From: Oculatellaceae cyanobacterium Prado106 | Lineage (GTDB): Bacteria; Cyanobacteriota; Cyanobacteriia; Elainellales; Elainellaceae | Direction: 5' to 3' | Assembly (NCBI GenBank): GCA_025454315.1 | Contig: JALOOP010000010.1 | Span: forward strand, 1,465 to 65,464 | Length of the DNA: 64,000 bases | Shown here: positions 30,072 through 40,158 of the stretch, one piece after another | How positions within the stretch are numbered: position 1 is the stretch's first letter | Layout: each line of letters begins with the position of its first letter | Made by a program: the position numbers and the translations under genes | Notes under the pieces: model-generated | Database searches by the model: none | Told to the model about the DNA's origin: nothing | The model's input: only the letters and a program-made list of their open reading frames with translations

Positions 30072-31286
30072 CTAAGCCCTTAATCTCAGCAGGAAACCGA
30101 TCGCGGCTCCTCCTAAAACCAACCAGGCCGAATTCACTCGAAAGCGGAACACGAATAAGGCACTGAGAAGCGCGATCGCCCCTGTCCACCCATCCACGAT
30201 CGCCGCCTGCATCAACTGCCAGACCACCACCGCCATCAATCCCAAAGAGGCCGCATTCACCCCATCCAGAAACCCACTAACCCAGCGTGATTGACGCAAC
30301 TTGGGTACCCAGGGGTTGACGATCGCCACTAACAAAAAGGCAGGTAGAAAAATTCCGACGGTGGCTGCGATCGCCCCACTATTACCCGCCAGCAGATAGC
30401 CAATAAACGTCGCGGTCGTAAACACAGGCCCTGGCGTAATTTGGCCGATCGCCACCGCATCCAGCAATTGCTGCGCGGTCAGCCATCCATTTCGATCCAC
30501 CAACTCCCGTTCCAAAAAAGCCAGCAGCACATAGCCACTGCCATACAGCACCGACCCAATCTTGAGAAAAATAAAAAAGAGCGACAGACCGTTTGCACTC
30601 GAACTGCTCGTTGGTAAGGAAGGATTACCCGCTTGCACGAGGAACGGCGCAATGGGTAGGAATCCGGCCATAGGATTGCGCCAGTTTTTCACTGCCATGA
30701 CACCCAGCCCAGCCAAAATTAATAATAGAACTTCGTTTTGTCCCAAAAAAAAGCACAGAATCACGAAAATTGCCGCAACGATCGTTGGCTTGTCCTTGAG
30801 CGCCGCCTTTCCCAGTTTCCACAAGGCTTGCAGAACAATCGCAATGATCACAGGCTTAACGCCATAGAGCAGCCATTCGGTCTGAGGTAACGCCTGGGAT
30901 TGGACGTAGAGAGCGGCGATCGCCCACACAATCACCATCGCAGGTCCAATAAAACAGGTGCCAGCCACCACCAACCCTCGCCAACCTGCCCGCTCATAGC
31001 CAATATGAATCGCCAGTTCCGTTGAATTAGGTCCTGGAATCAGACTGGTTATCCCTAGCAAATCCAAAAGCTTTTCCCGGCTCAACCATTGTCGTCGCTT
31101 CACCACCTCATCATCCATCATGGCGATATGGGCAGCGGGGCCACCAAAGGCGATCGTCCCTAGTTTAAGAAATACGCTGGCCAATTCTCGCAGTCGCTGC
31201 TGCTGTTGAGCCAGACTCAGGGTGTGGTAGGGGCTGGTGGGGTGAGGGGCGATCGCGATGGGATCGTCCTCCGGCTTCTGCGTCAT
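30072..31286 (-). CDS. chrA: Chromate transporter ChrA (two CHR domains)
   Basis: 404-aa ORF. Contains FLKLGTIAFGGPAAHIAMM and a second FLKIGSVLYGSGYVLL half, with ~10-12 TM helices. Confidence 0.8.
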   Translation of the reverse strand: MTQKPEDDPIAIAPHPTSPYHTLSLAQQQQRLRELASVFLKLGTIAFGGPAAHIAMMDDEVVKRRQWLSREKLLDLLGITSLIPGPNSTELAIHIGYERAGWRGLVVAGTCFIGPAMVIVWAIAALYVQSQALPQTEWLLYGVKPVIIAIVLQALWKLGKAALKDKPTIVAAIFVILCFFLGQNEVLLLILAGLGVMAVKNWRNPMAGFLPIAPFLVQAGNPSLPTSSSSANGLSLFFIFLKIGSVLYGSGYVLLAFLERELVDRNGWLTAQQLLDAVAIGQITPGPVFTTATFIGYLLAGNSGAIAATVGIFLPAFLLVAIVNPWVPKLRQSRWVSGFLDGVNAASLGLMAVVVWQLMQAAIVDGWTGAIALLSALFVFRFRVNSAWLVLGGAAIGFLLRLRA

Positions 31287-31407
31287 AAAAAACCTCCTGC
31301 TCAGCAGTCTACCGAAGGCAGTTTACTTTGTCCTGATTACCGGGATACAACAAGTTTAAATTTTGGATCTCAATTGCACCTTTCCTCAAGATACAAACAC
31401 AAAATAT

Positions 31408-31436
31408 CCTCTGCGCCTCTGCGTCTCTGCGCCTCT
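31408..31436. repeat. (C/T)CTCTGCG octamer array
   Basis: CCTCTGCG CCTCTGCG TCTCTGCG CCTCT. Paralogous to the array at 2828-2851. Confidence 0.8.
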
Positions 31437-31597
31437 ACATCTGGTGTGGTTCACCATCAAACCTCAGCTAAATTCTTCTCATTTCCAAGATATAAAACAA
31501 GAGAGAGAAACTGCATCACCTGCAATTCCCCTCTCTTATTCAAAATTGAATGCATCTTAGTGCATCAGTTGATGCATCGCTAACAACTCGGACACAA

Positions 31598-33823
31598 CTA
31601 CGATCGCGCCCGAATCGAATCAGCGGGACGAGGATCGCGGAAAGCTCGAAGCACACCCGCTGCCAAGAACCGTAGAGATTCAAAAGGTCTATCCACTTCT
31701 TGACGCTGTTGGGAATACCATTGACGCACGTCAGAATACAGCACCAGAACCAGATCATCCATCTGCGCCTGACTTACGTTGACAAAGGTCACAGAAAGCA
31801 TCACTTGATCTTGACCGGCGGATTCAAGTCGAGTCACGCGACCCGTCACTGTTGCCCGAGCATCAAAATCACCCACGACCTCAATCTCAACCTGATCCGG
31901 CAAATTCAAATTACTGGTTCCCAGAATAATTTGAGCGCCATTTTCACTGATGTTTTGCGTTCTCCCACGACGAGGCATATCACCGCCAAACACAGTGACA
32001 TCGAGGTTGCGGCTGAGACGGTGTGCCCGTCGTAGCTGTGGTTGCTCAAAGGCTACTAGCAAAGCACCACTGAGGAAAATCAGGTTGAAGATTGCCCATA
32101 GTCCGTTAATCAAAACGGCTTCGGTGACTTCGGGGCGCAGCAGCAGCCAGAAAGGTACTGCAATCAGCGACACAATCAGCAGAATGGTCAAAATCAGAGA
32201 AACCCGAGTCGGCCCCCAGTCAAAACTGCGGCGCGTGATCGATCGCAGATCCTTGTCCGTCACATCAAACTTCCCAAGCTTGGGGTTGATCACCGCCAGG
32301 AAGGTGACAATACCATCCTGGAACGCCATCGCATACTCGAAGATCTCATTCCAGAAGGAGAATCGAGCCGTTTTGTTGGTGATGTAGTTGGCGTTCATCC
32401 CCAGCAGGATGTGGGGCACCGCGTAGGCCAGAGTTTCAACCCCTAAGCCGCGAACAATGTTGATATTAAACAACAGGAACAGAATCGGTGCCAGCGCATA
32501 CATGATGCGAGGGAAGCCAAAGAAGAAGTGAGACGAAGCCGAAAAGTAACAAAGTCGCTGCGGGGTCGTGAGCTTGAGCTTGCGATTGAACAACGGATTT
32601 TCAATCCGCAGGATCTGCGCCATGCCTCTTGCCCAACGGGCTTGCTGCTTGACGTAGGACGGGTAAGTTTCCGGCGCTAAGCCAGCCACCATGATCTTGT
32701 CATAGTAAACCGACTCGTAGCCCTTCCCATGCAGACGCAAGGAGGTATGACAGTCTTCGGTTACCGTCCCCGTCGCAATGCCGCCCACTTCAAGGACATA
32801 ATCGCGGCGAATGACAGCGGCTGAACCACAGAAGAAAGCGGCGTTCCAGAAGTCGTTGCCCTTTTGGATGACCTTGTAGAACAATTCACTGGTTACAGGC
32901 ACCCGTCCCCGCGTCAGCAGGTTGCGCTCAAACGGATCTGGGTTATAGAACCAGTGCGGCGTTTGCACCATCGCCACCTTCTCAGACTTGTAGAAGAACC
33001 CGACGGTTTCCTGTAAAAACTGGCGGCTAGGGATGTGGTCGCAGTCTAGAATCAGGATCAGGTCGCCGTCCGTGCGTCGCAGTGCCGCATTGATATTGCC
33101 CGCTTTGGCATGTTCATTGTTGTCGCGGGTCATCAAAATGCAGCCCAGTTCGGCGCACATCTGACGGAGTTGTTCCCGGCGATCGCGATACTTAGGATCA
33201 CGACCATCATCCAGGACATAGATCTTCTTCCTGTCCTCGGGATAATCCATCGCCAAACTAGCCAGCACCGTTTTCCGAACGATCGCCACATCCTCATTAA
33301 AGGTGGGGATATAGACATCGACCGAGAACAGTTCCTCATGGGGAATCGTGGCCAAATCCAAGGGACGGCGTTCCCGCAGGCGCAGGGTCTGGAAGTAGGA
33401 GAGCAGTAGGGTGGCGATCGCGTATAGCTCAGCCGCATACAGCAAAATGCTGAAGAACCCATTCACCCAACTATCCAAGGCCAGCGTGAAATTGGTGCGG
33501 TAATATAAATAGCGCAACGTCGTGACAATACTCAGCCATGCCAAAAAGACATGCAGGTATTCACTCGAACGATTTTGGGATTGTCTGGACTCAATCTTGA
33601 CGGTGAGCCAGCCTACGATCACCAGCACCACCGCAACGGTGATTTGTTTCCACAGATCGAGCGGCGTGATGATCAGCGGCACCGACAGCAGCAGCAATAA
33701 CATCACAATCCAAAACAACTGCCATTTCCCAGCGCGGGGAAAGAGGCGATCGAACCAGGTCGGTAGATTCATGAACCAGCGGGTCAGCCAGGATTGGCGA
33801 CCCCGGGGCGTAACACTTGCCAT
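31598..33823 (-). CDS. bcsA: Cellulose synthase catalytic subunit BcsA (GT2) with C-terminal PilZ domain
   Basis: 741-aa ORF. Contains DDG (205), DCD (260), TED (355), QQARW (393, the QxxRW motif) and FFCGS. PilZ motifs RRAHR (598) and NISENG (624) fall in aa ~597-700 (nt 31724-32035). Confidence 0.9.
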   Translation of the reverse strand: MASVTPRGRQSWLTRWFMNLPTWFDRLFPRAGKWQLFWIVMLLLLLSVPLIITPLDLWKQITVAVVLVIVGWLTVKIESRQSQNRSSEYLHVFLAWLSIVTTLRYLYYRTNFTLALDSWVNGFFSILLYAAELYAIATLLLSYFQTLRLRERRPLDLATIPHEELFSVDVYIPTFNEDVAIVRKTVLASLAMDYPEDRKKIYVLDDGRDPKYRDRREQLRQMCAELGCILMTRDNNEHAKAGNINAALRRTDGDLILILDCDHIPSRQFLQETVGFFYKSEKVAMVQTPHWFYNPDPFERNLLTRGRVPVTSELFYKVIQKGNDFWNAAFFCGSAAVIRRDYVLEVGGIATGTVTEDCHTSLRLHGKGYESVYYDKIMVAGLAPETYPSYVKQQARWARGMAQILRIENPLFNRKLKLTTPQRLCYFSASSHFFFGFPRIMYALAPILFLLFNINIVRGLGVETLAYAVPHILLGMNANYITNKTARFSFWNEIFEYAMAFQDGIVTFLAVINPKLGKFDVTDKDLRSITRRSFDWGPTRVSLILTILLIVSLIAVPFWLLLRPEVTEAVLINGLWAIFNLIFLSGALLVAFEQPQLRRAHRLSRNLDVTVFGGDMPRRGRTQNISENGAQIILGTSNLNLPDQVEIEVVGDFDARATVTGRVTRLESAGQDQVMLSVTFVNVSQAQMDDLVLVLYSDVRQWYSQQRQEVDRPFESLRFLAAGVLRAFRDPRPADSIRARS

Positions 33824-33837
33824 CTGTTTAGATCTCC

Positions 33838-36360
33838 TTACTGGTCAACGCGATTAAGGTAAAGCTGAGAAAAGCCATAAAGCGGCAGTGCCACAAAGGC
33901 AATTCCGGCAGGCACCATAAACCAGTTGTCCTGGAGGAACAGCACCACGCGACCCACCACGCTCGTGTTGGCGATGCGGCGTTGCTGAGCTTCCTGGAAG
34001 TATTGCACCGTGTAATCGTCGGGGTTTTGGGGATTGGGGTTGGCGACATTACTGGTGACCAACAGGGTATCCCCTTGCAGGCGGTTAAACAGAGAAGGCT
34101 GCTTGAACAGAGATTGCAGTTCCCGGAGTCCTTGGTCGGTTTGTCCGGTTAGGGCGATGACCTGGCGATCGCGGTTCCAAGGAGAGACGATCGCCTTGAC
34201 AACCCCTTCTCCATCGTTGAGCGTTTGCACCTGGGTTTGCTCCCACTGGCGAGTAAAGCCATTGGTTAGGCTAAAGCCTTCCTGTTCTTGGAACACTTCT
34301 GGGGTAGGGAGGCGATCGCGCGTCCCAATCCCCACAATGCTCAAACGACGCTTGGCATCATCGGTCACCGTTCCCACAAACACTTGAGTCTTAACCGACT
34401 CGGCTTGGCTGACCCGTCCCATCCGCTCACTGAACGCCAGCAGCGTTTGAACTTCTCCGTCCGTGGGATTGGCAGGCAACGCAATACCCGCAGAAGACAA
34501 GTCTTGCGGATCGGTCAGGGGGAATCCGGCCTTTAGTAGAGACAGGTTCGGAACCGTCACCACATTGTCACGGCGCATGTCGAAACTGGTGTCGGCATGA
34601 ACCGTCGCCCAGAGTTGCTGATCCGCTTCTAGTCCACATTCGCCACCCGCTTCCGGGCGCATGACAAAGTGGATATTCATCTGGGTATCCGGCTTGATCT
34701 TTTCCTCGGGGAGTCGGAAGCTGAAGGTTTCATGTTCGCCGCCGTCGGAACTGAGGCGCTTTGAGGCCACAGTCACATTGTCTAACCGAACTTCCACCGC
34801 AGAAGCGCGCGAGTCCATTTGGGGACTGTAGCTATACTTCAGGGTCATGGCGCTGCCATCCAGGAAGCGATCGTCCGGCAATGCCTTGAAGGCAATGTGA
34901 ACTGGGGGCGCACTGGTGCCACGTACCGTGGTGTCTTCAAAGCGAGTGCCATCGCTAGTGGACAGGGCAGAGAGTTGGAAGTTGTTTTCAACGGGCATAT
35001 ATCCTGGCCAAGCTCTCGGCGCAGGCGTGGGCACTTCGGTCAATTGGTTCACGGTCAATGCCTGACCTGTCCCCAGTTCGGTATCTTTGGCCTGAACTAA
35101 GAACTGCACAGCCTTTTCTACCCCAGCGGCAGAGTTCCCTGTGGCCACCAGGACGGGAATCCGGGAGTCGCGCGTCAGCGCCATCATCAGGATGCCGACA
35201 TCATCGGGAATCGCAGCACGCTTGGTGTCAACGAACTTGCCGTTTTGCAGGGCAAAGGGAAGCGTCAGTTGCGACAATGCAGGCAGATCAGCAGGGGTGC
35301 CGATGGCCACGACGCGATCGGTGCCTCGGGCTTCTCCCAAACTGCTGATGATCTTGGTGTTGAGTGCCACATCACCCAACCTTCTACCTGCCGAGGTTTC
35401 AAACCGGGAGGCCGCAGTCAACCATTCGGGGGTGTAAGCGGTAGGTTTGAGATAGCTAATCTGGTTAGTTTCTAGACTGAGACTATCCAAGAAAGGATAG
35501 GGGAAGCGGCTGAAGCCCAGAGCAATTGGTCTAGGCGTGAAATTGAGGATGACTTTAGAATCTGGCAGAATTTCTGTCCAGAGGGTCGGGTCAGCCGGAT
35601 TGGAGCAAGTGCTATTGTTCTGCTGTTCGGCCAGGATGGACAAATCATTGCGGTCTTGCAGCAGGTTGGTGGGAATGTTGAACAGCATTTCGCTGGGATC
35701 GGCCTGAGCCGCGCCCAGAGGGACACTGCCAATGCTGGTATCGTTGATCCGCACCGTGAGGTTGGAGCGATCGGGCAACAAGGAAGGGGAATGCTGGAAG
35801 CGCAGTTGAACCTGGGCAGAGCGAACATTCCAGCCGCTGGGTCGGGTAAATTCTACCCGCGATTCCGGATAGACGCCTTGTAGACGAAGACGGTTGCCGA
35901 CTTCTGGACTCCGGTTGAATTCCCAGACATGGGAAATAGTGGGTTCATTCTGACGGTTCGCGGTCGTTCCAGTCGTGCCGCCGGGAGTTCCGGTGGTCGT
36001 GGCAGGGGTGGTCGCATCGGGAGATGCTGCCGGGGAGGCTGCCGGAGAAGCTGCGGGTGAGGCCGCAGGGGCAGGACTGGGAGATGCTGCTTGAGCCAGG
36101 GTTAAGGAGGCGGCCAACTGGGGTTGATAAATCAAGGGTTGGCGATCGCTCTTAGGCAAATCAAATTGTCGAACGATTTGAGGTTTGGGTTGGTTTCGGT
36201 CATTGGCCTGAGCCTTAACCAGAGCTGGGAGCAGTCCCAGTCCAGTACCCAGACAGGTTAAACAAAGGAACCAAACCACAGGCCGATTGCGCCAGGAGCG
36301 GCGCGGGCGATTTTGATCGCCTTTCGATTGAGATGTCCGGTGACGCAGGAAACGGAGCAT
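33838..36360 (-). CDS. bcsB: Cellulose synthase periplasmic subunit BcsB
   Basis: 840-aa ORF, 14 nt upstream of bcsA. N-terminal TM/signal, large periplasmic body, single C-terminal TM helix (WFMVPAGIAFVALPLYGF). Assigned from size, topology and context. Carries an unusual Ala/Ser/Pro/Thr-rich insert near the N-terminus. Confidence 0.75.
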   Translation of the reverse strand: MLRFLRHRTSQSKGDQNRPRRSWRNRPVVWFLCLTCLGTGLGLLPALVKAQANDRNQPKPQIVRQFDLPKSDRQPLIYQPQLAASLTLAQAASPSPAPAASPAASPAASPAASPDATTPATTTGTPGGTTGTTANRQNEPTISHVWEFNRSPEVGNRLRLQGVYPESRVEFTRPSGWNVRSAQVQLRFQHSPSLLPDRSNLTVRINDTSIGSVPLGAAQADPSEMLFNIPTNLLQDRNDLSILAEQQNNSTCSNPADPTLWTEILPDSKVILNFTPRPIALGFSRFPYPFLDSLSLETNQISYLKPTAYTPEWLTAASRFETSAGRRLGDVALNTKIISSLGEARGTDRVVAIGTPADLPALSQLTLPFALQNGKFVDTKRAAIPDDVGILMMALTRDSRIPVLVATGNSAAGVEKAVQFLVQAKDTELGTGQALTVNQLTEVPTPAPRAWPGYMPVENNFQLSALSTSDGTRFEDTTVRGTSAPPVHIAFKALPDDRFLDGSAMTLKYSYSPQMDSRASAVEVRLDNVTVASKRLSSDGGEHETFSFRLPEEKIKPDTQMNIHFVMRPEAGGECGLEADQQLWATVHADTSFDMRRDNVVTVPNLSLLKAGFPLTDPQDLSSAGIALPANPTDGEVQTLLAFSERMGRVSQAESVKTQVFVGTVTDDAKRRLSIVGIGTRDRLPTPEVFQEQEGFSLTNGFTRQWEQTQVQTLNDGEGVVKAIVSPWNRDRQVIALTGQTDQGLRELQSLFKQPSLFNRLQGDTLLVTSNVANPNPQNPDDYTVQYFQEAQQRRIANTSVVGRVVLFLQDNWFMVPAGIAFVALPLYGFSQLYLNRVDQ

Positions 36361-36398
36361 AAACAGGTGGGTTGCTAAGGGTTAGTAAGAGATTAAAT

Positions 36399-37751
36399 TT
36401 AGGGTTTGAGCCAATGAGAAGCGACGTCGTCAGGAGGGTAGAGTCCAAGCCACCCTAAGTTTTGAATGTAGTAGGCAGAGTCGTTCTCCCAAAAGCCATC
36501 CCGGAAAGCGGGAAGGAGCTTTTGCAATCTCATCTGCTCTGCGATTTCAGGATCGATCACCTTAAAAGCGGCATATAACATGGCGTATTGGGCGTTGGAC
36601 TCGTAGGACACAAGCGGTTGCCCCTGGAGGTTAATCTCAGCGGGAATGGCCTGCCGAGTCTGCCAGAGATTGACCAACGGTTCCAAATGGTCTTGTAGAT
36701 AGCGCTTGGCCTGCCGCTCATTGAACCAGGCGGCATCTAAAGCCACGCGCCACCAGACCCGGTAAGCGTCGTAGCCATAGCGGCTGTTGAGATTTTCAGG
36801 TTGGGTGATGGGTTGGTATTGACCCTTGGTGGTATCCAGCGCGATCCAGTTACTGGGCAAGCCCAGGCTGGAGAGCCGCGCGGAATTGTTTAAGGTCTGG
36901 TAGCTGCTTTTAATCAGGCTCAGCCAGTCGCGCTCTGCATCAATTTGAGCAAAGAGTCGAAAGGCATAGGGCGCAAAGTAGGAAGGATTCAGGTAAAGCT
37001 GGTTGGACTGCTGGAAGACCTCCCGAGGTCCTGGGATGAGGTAGTTGCGATCGCCCACCTTCACCACCGACAGATTCCACAGATCCCGCAACTTGAGCTT
37101 GGCCAAGTCCAGGTATTCACTGCGTCGCCACTGTCGAGCGGCAAAGATTAGGGCTGTCACCGCATCAATATCCCCGTCACTGGCAAAGTTGGCATCCAGC
37201 GGCAACCATTGATTGTCGTCATTGCGTCCCCACTGCCAAGCCCAGAGATAATCTCGCCGTTGGCCGTCCAATCCCCGCCGCTGGAGGTTGTTTTCTCCCC
37301 AGTTCAACACCCGAGCAAAGGTGTCGGCATCGTCCATCAACACTGCTCGCAGCAGCGCATAGGCTTGTGCCTCGGAGGTGGTGCGATCAGCCGCTTCCCG
37401 GTCAATAATCCGCCCATCGCCCTGGATAAAGCGATCGCGATAAGCCGTCCAGCTTTTTTCCAGGAGTTCCGGAGTGGACAAGGGGCGGACTGCGGCAGTG
37501 GCGATCGCCTCATGGGGCGCTCCACCCTGACCTTGCCATCCGGGGGCACAGCTTGGCAAAACCACACTCGACAGCAAAGCCGAAGCCACAAACAGCAGGA
37601 TGGGCACAGCCGCTAACCGCGATCGCCCCAGGCGCAGGCATTCCAAACGCGAGAACTGAGACAGGTGGAGGCGATTGAAGGCAATCAACCGCATGGCCTG
37701 AAGTATCAGTCCTGCAAGATGGCGGATAGAACGAGCGAAGAACTGCATCAT
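36399..37751 (-). CDS. bcsZ: GH8 endoglucanase (BcsZ-like)
   Basis: 450-aa ORF. ASDGDIDAVTALIFAARQW matches the GH8 signature pattern. Signal- or lipobox-like N-terminus; start uncertain. Confidence 0.8.
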   Translation of the reverse strand: MMQFFARSIRHLAGLILQAMRLIAFNRLHLSQFSRLECLRLGRSRLAAVPILLFVASALLSSVVLPSCAPGWQGQGGAPHEAIATAAVRPLSTPELLEKSWTAYRDRFIQGDGRIIDREAADRTTSEAQAYALLRAVLMDDADTFARVLNWGENNLQRRGLDGQRRDYLWAWQWGRNDDNQWLPLDANFASDGDIDAVTALIFAARQWRRSEYLDLAKLKLRDLWNLSVVKVGDRNYLIPGPREVFQQSNQLYLNPSYFAPYAFRLFAQIDAERDWLSLIKSSYQTLNNSARLSSLGLPSNWIALDTTKGQYQPITQPENLNSRYGYDAYRVWWRVALDAAWFNERQAKRYLQDHLEPLVNLWQTRQAIPAEINLQGQPLVSYESNAQYAMLYAAFKVIDPEIAEQMRLQKLLPAFRDGFWENDSAYYIQNLGWLGLYPPDDVASHWLKP

Positions 37752-37798
37752 GAGAGCGTTAGGCGCGTTGGGCGTCAGGGAGAGAGTCTGAGAGGGAG

Positions 37799-40156
37799 TT
37801 AGTACCGTTCCCAGGGGGGCTGGAATCCCCGCTGTTGAAGGAAACCTTCTTGAATGCGACGAATGCGGCGATCCATAGATGGATCGGCTGGTGTCGCCTC
37901 CCCTTCCGGGGTGCGCTGCTGCTGGAGTTCTTCCAGACGGCGCAGCGCTTCAATCCGATTGCCTTCTACGACGGTGAGTTCAGCCAGTGCGGTTTGGGCG
38001 ACCTGGTTGCTGGGTTCCATCTTCAGCACTTCGGTATAGAGGTCGGTGGCCTCGTCATACTGGCGTTGCTGGAAGCGAATCCCACCTAGAGCCGCCAGCG
38101 CGTCAGTATTTTGGGCACTGCGCTCCAGAATCGTCTCATAGGCATTGCTAGCCAAATCCAAATCACCCAAGTCTTGCGCCAGTTCACCCTGGACGAAGTA
38201 GGCACCCAGGTTTTCGGGATCATTGGCAATCAGTTGAGCCAACTGCGCTCGGGCTGCATCGGGGTCGCGCATGGCGACGACCTGCAGCGCCCGTAGACGC
38301 ACAGGCACCGACTCGGGCATGGTTTCGAGCAAACGAGTATAAAGCGGTTCCCGCTGAGGATCGGCGGGCAAGGCGGCGACTAAGCTGTACAGTTCCAGCG
38401 GCGTGTCCGTTGCGGGACGAGTAGCTAGCCATTCCTGGAGAATCCCTTCCGCCTCGGTCAGCGAGATTTGATCGGCTTGATAGGCCAGACTAGCTCGACC
38501 CAGACGCTTTGATAGATCGCTGGGATCACGCTCAATGATTTGGTCATAGAGGGCGATCGCCTCTGGCAACCGTCCTTGAATCCGCCGAATCCCAGCCAAT
38601 GCCTGCAACGATCCGCTGAGCAGACCCCGATCGACGCGATCGCCCACAATAATCTGTTCGTATTTCTGGACACTAGCTTCCAAATTGCCTTCACGACGGT
38701 CAATCTCAGCCAATAGCAGCAGCGGACCATACTGATCGGCCTGTCCTTCGGGCGTTTGGCTGTAGGCTTGCAGGGAAGCCCTGGTTCCGGCCAGGTCATT
38801 TTGCTGAAGTTGAATTTGAGCGACGCGGAAATAGAGCAGCGGCTCATAGACAGAGGCATCTAGCAGCGCCTGATAGAAGGGCAGCAGCGGTGGATCAGGG
38901 GAATCCAGTCGGACTAGAGCCTGTGCCAGAAGGCGTTTTTGATAGTCATCGCCCACCAGAGGTTGGAAGACGGGCTGCAATCGCTGCTGCAAGGCTGCGC
39001 GGGAAATTAGACCCAACTGCCGTTCGACGATCGCCAGATTCACCGGCAAAATCCTGTCGCTGGGCAATTGCTTCACCAGTTGCACATAGAGTTCTCGGGC
39101 AATGCGGCGCTCAGCAGGAATACCGCTGAGGACATCGGCCATTTCTCGGGCGATCGAAGTGGTGAGGTAGTTGATCTTGCTGCTTTGTTCCTCGGGCTTG
39201 GCCAGAATTTCGTAATAGAGCGTGATCACGTCATTTTGCAGATCCGCGCTATTTTCCTTACGGTTAATCTGGTGGAAGGTGCGTGCCAGAATCATCCGCG
39301 AGTCAAACCGTCCGCCTAAAGGCTTCAGCACCTGCATGGCTTTCTCGATTTGATCGACCTGGGCGTAGGAAACACCCAGTGCGGCTCTGGTACGGATCGA
39401 GATGCCATTTAACCCGCTATTGCGGTTCAATTCCTGTTCTAGAACCTGCACAGATTGCGCCGGATCTCCCGTTTCCCGCAGCACGATGCCGTAGGCGATC
39501 GCAGCATACCCTTCAATCGGCTTACCTGTCGGACGATAGCGGTTAAAGAGTTCCAGCCCTTTGGGGTAGTCCCCGGCATAGGTATAGGTTTGAGCCGCTG
39601 CCAGAATGACTTCCGGTGGGGGATTGGTGGGCAGAACGATATCGTAATCTAGGATTGCATCCGACAAATTCCCTTGATAACCGTTCAGCAAAGCTCGCTG
39701 TGCCCGAGCTTCCATGTTATTGGGTTCTAGTTCAATCAGCCGGGAGAGCGCGCTAATGCCATCCCTGCGCCATTCAAACTTGTATCCCCCGAGCGTTCCC
39801 AGCATCGTCAACACCTGACGATTATCTGGGTCAAGTTCACGAACTTTCCTGTAAGTTTCAAAGGCCAGCGTACTCTGTCTGACACTGCCAGCCCGGAAGT
39901 AGGCCGTAGCTAAACCAAGCTGAGCTTCTACAGACCGTGGATTTTGGCGAACCACCGCCTCAAATACTGAAATAGCGTCGCCAACCCAGCCTTTTTCCAG
40001 GAGGGCATAGCCCTCTTGAAGCGTCTGAGCCTGGACGGGCAGCGGATGAAAACTGAGTGCCAGAATTGGACTCATGCTTAAACCCAGCAGCCATTGCCAC
40101 GCTGATCGGTTGCTTTTCTTTCTCTGTTGCTGAGAAAAACCTGTCCCGTACTTCAT
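37799..40156 (-). CDS. Periplasmic TPR-repeat protein, equivalent to the N-terminal part of BcsC
   Basis: 785-aa ORF with a signal peptide (PILALSFHPLPVQAQ) and TPR-like helical repeats along the whole length. No beta-barrel segment at the C-terminus. The start lies 2 nt after the stop of the upstream gene. Confidence 0.7.
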   Translation of the reverse strand: MKYGTGFSQQQRKKSNRSAWQWLLGLSMSPILALSFHPLPVQAQTLQEGYALLEKGWVGDAISVFEAVVRQNPRSVEAQLGLATAYFRAGSVRQSTLAFETYRKVRELDPDNRQVLTMLGTLGGYKFEWRRDGISALSRLIELEPNNMEARAQRALLNGYQGNLSDAILDYDIVLPTNPPPEVILAAAQTYTYAGDYPKGLELFNRYRPTGKPIEGYAAIAYGIVLRETGDPAQSVQVLEQELNRNSGLNGISIRTRAALGVSYAQVDQIEKAMQVLKPLGGRFDSRMILARTFHQINRKENSADLQNDVITLYYEILAKPEEQSSKINYLTTSIAREMADVLSGIPAERRIARELYVQLVKQLPSDRILPVNLAIVERQLGLISRAALQQRLQPVFQPLVGDDYQKRLLAQALVRLDSPDPPLLPFYQALLDASVYEPLLYFRVAQIQLQQNDLAGTRASLQAYSQTPEGQADQYGPLLLLAEIDRREGNLEASVQKYEQIIVGDRVDRGLLSGSLQALAGIRRIQGRLPEAIALYDQIIERDPSDLSKRLGRASLAYQADQISLTEAEGILQEWLATRPATDTPLELYSLVAALPADPQREPLYTRLLETMPESVPVRLRALQVVAMRDPDAARAQLAQLIANDPENLGAYFVQGELAQDLGDLDLASNAYETILERSAQNTDALAALGGIRFQQRQYDEATDLYTEVLKMEPSNQVAQTALAELTVVEGNRIEALRRLEELQQQRTPEGEATPADPSMDRRIRRIQEGFLQQRGFQPPWERY

Positions 40157-40158
40157 GG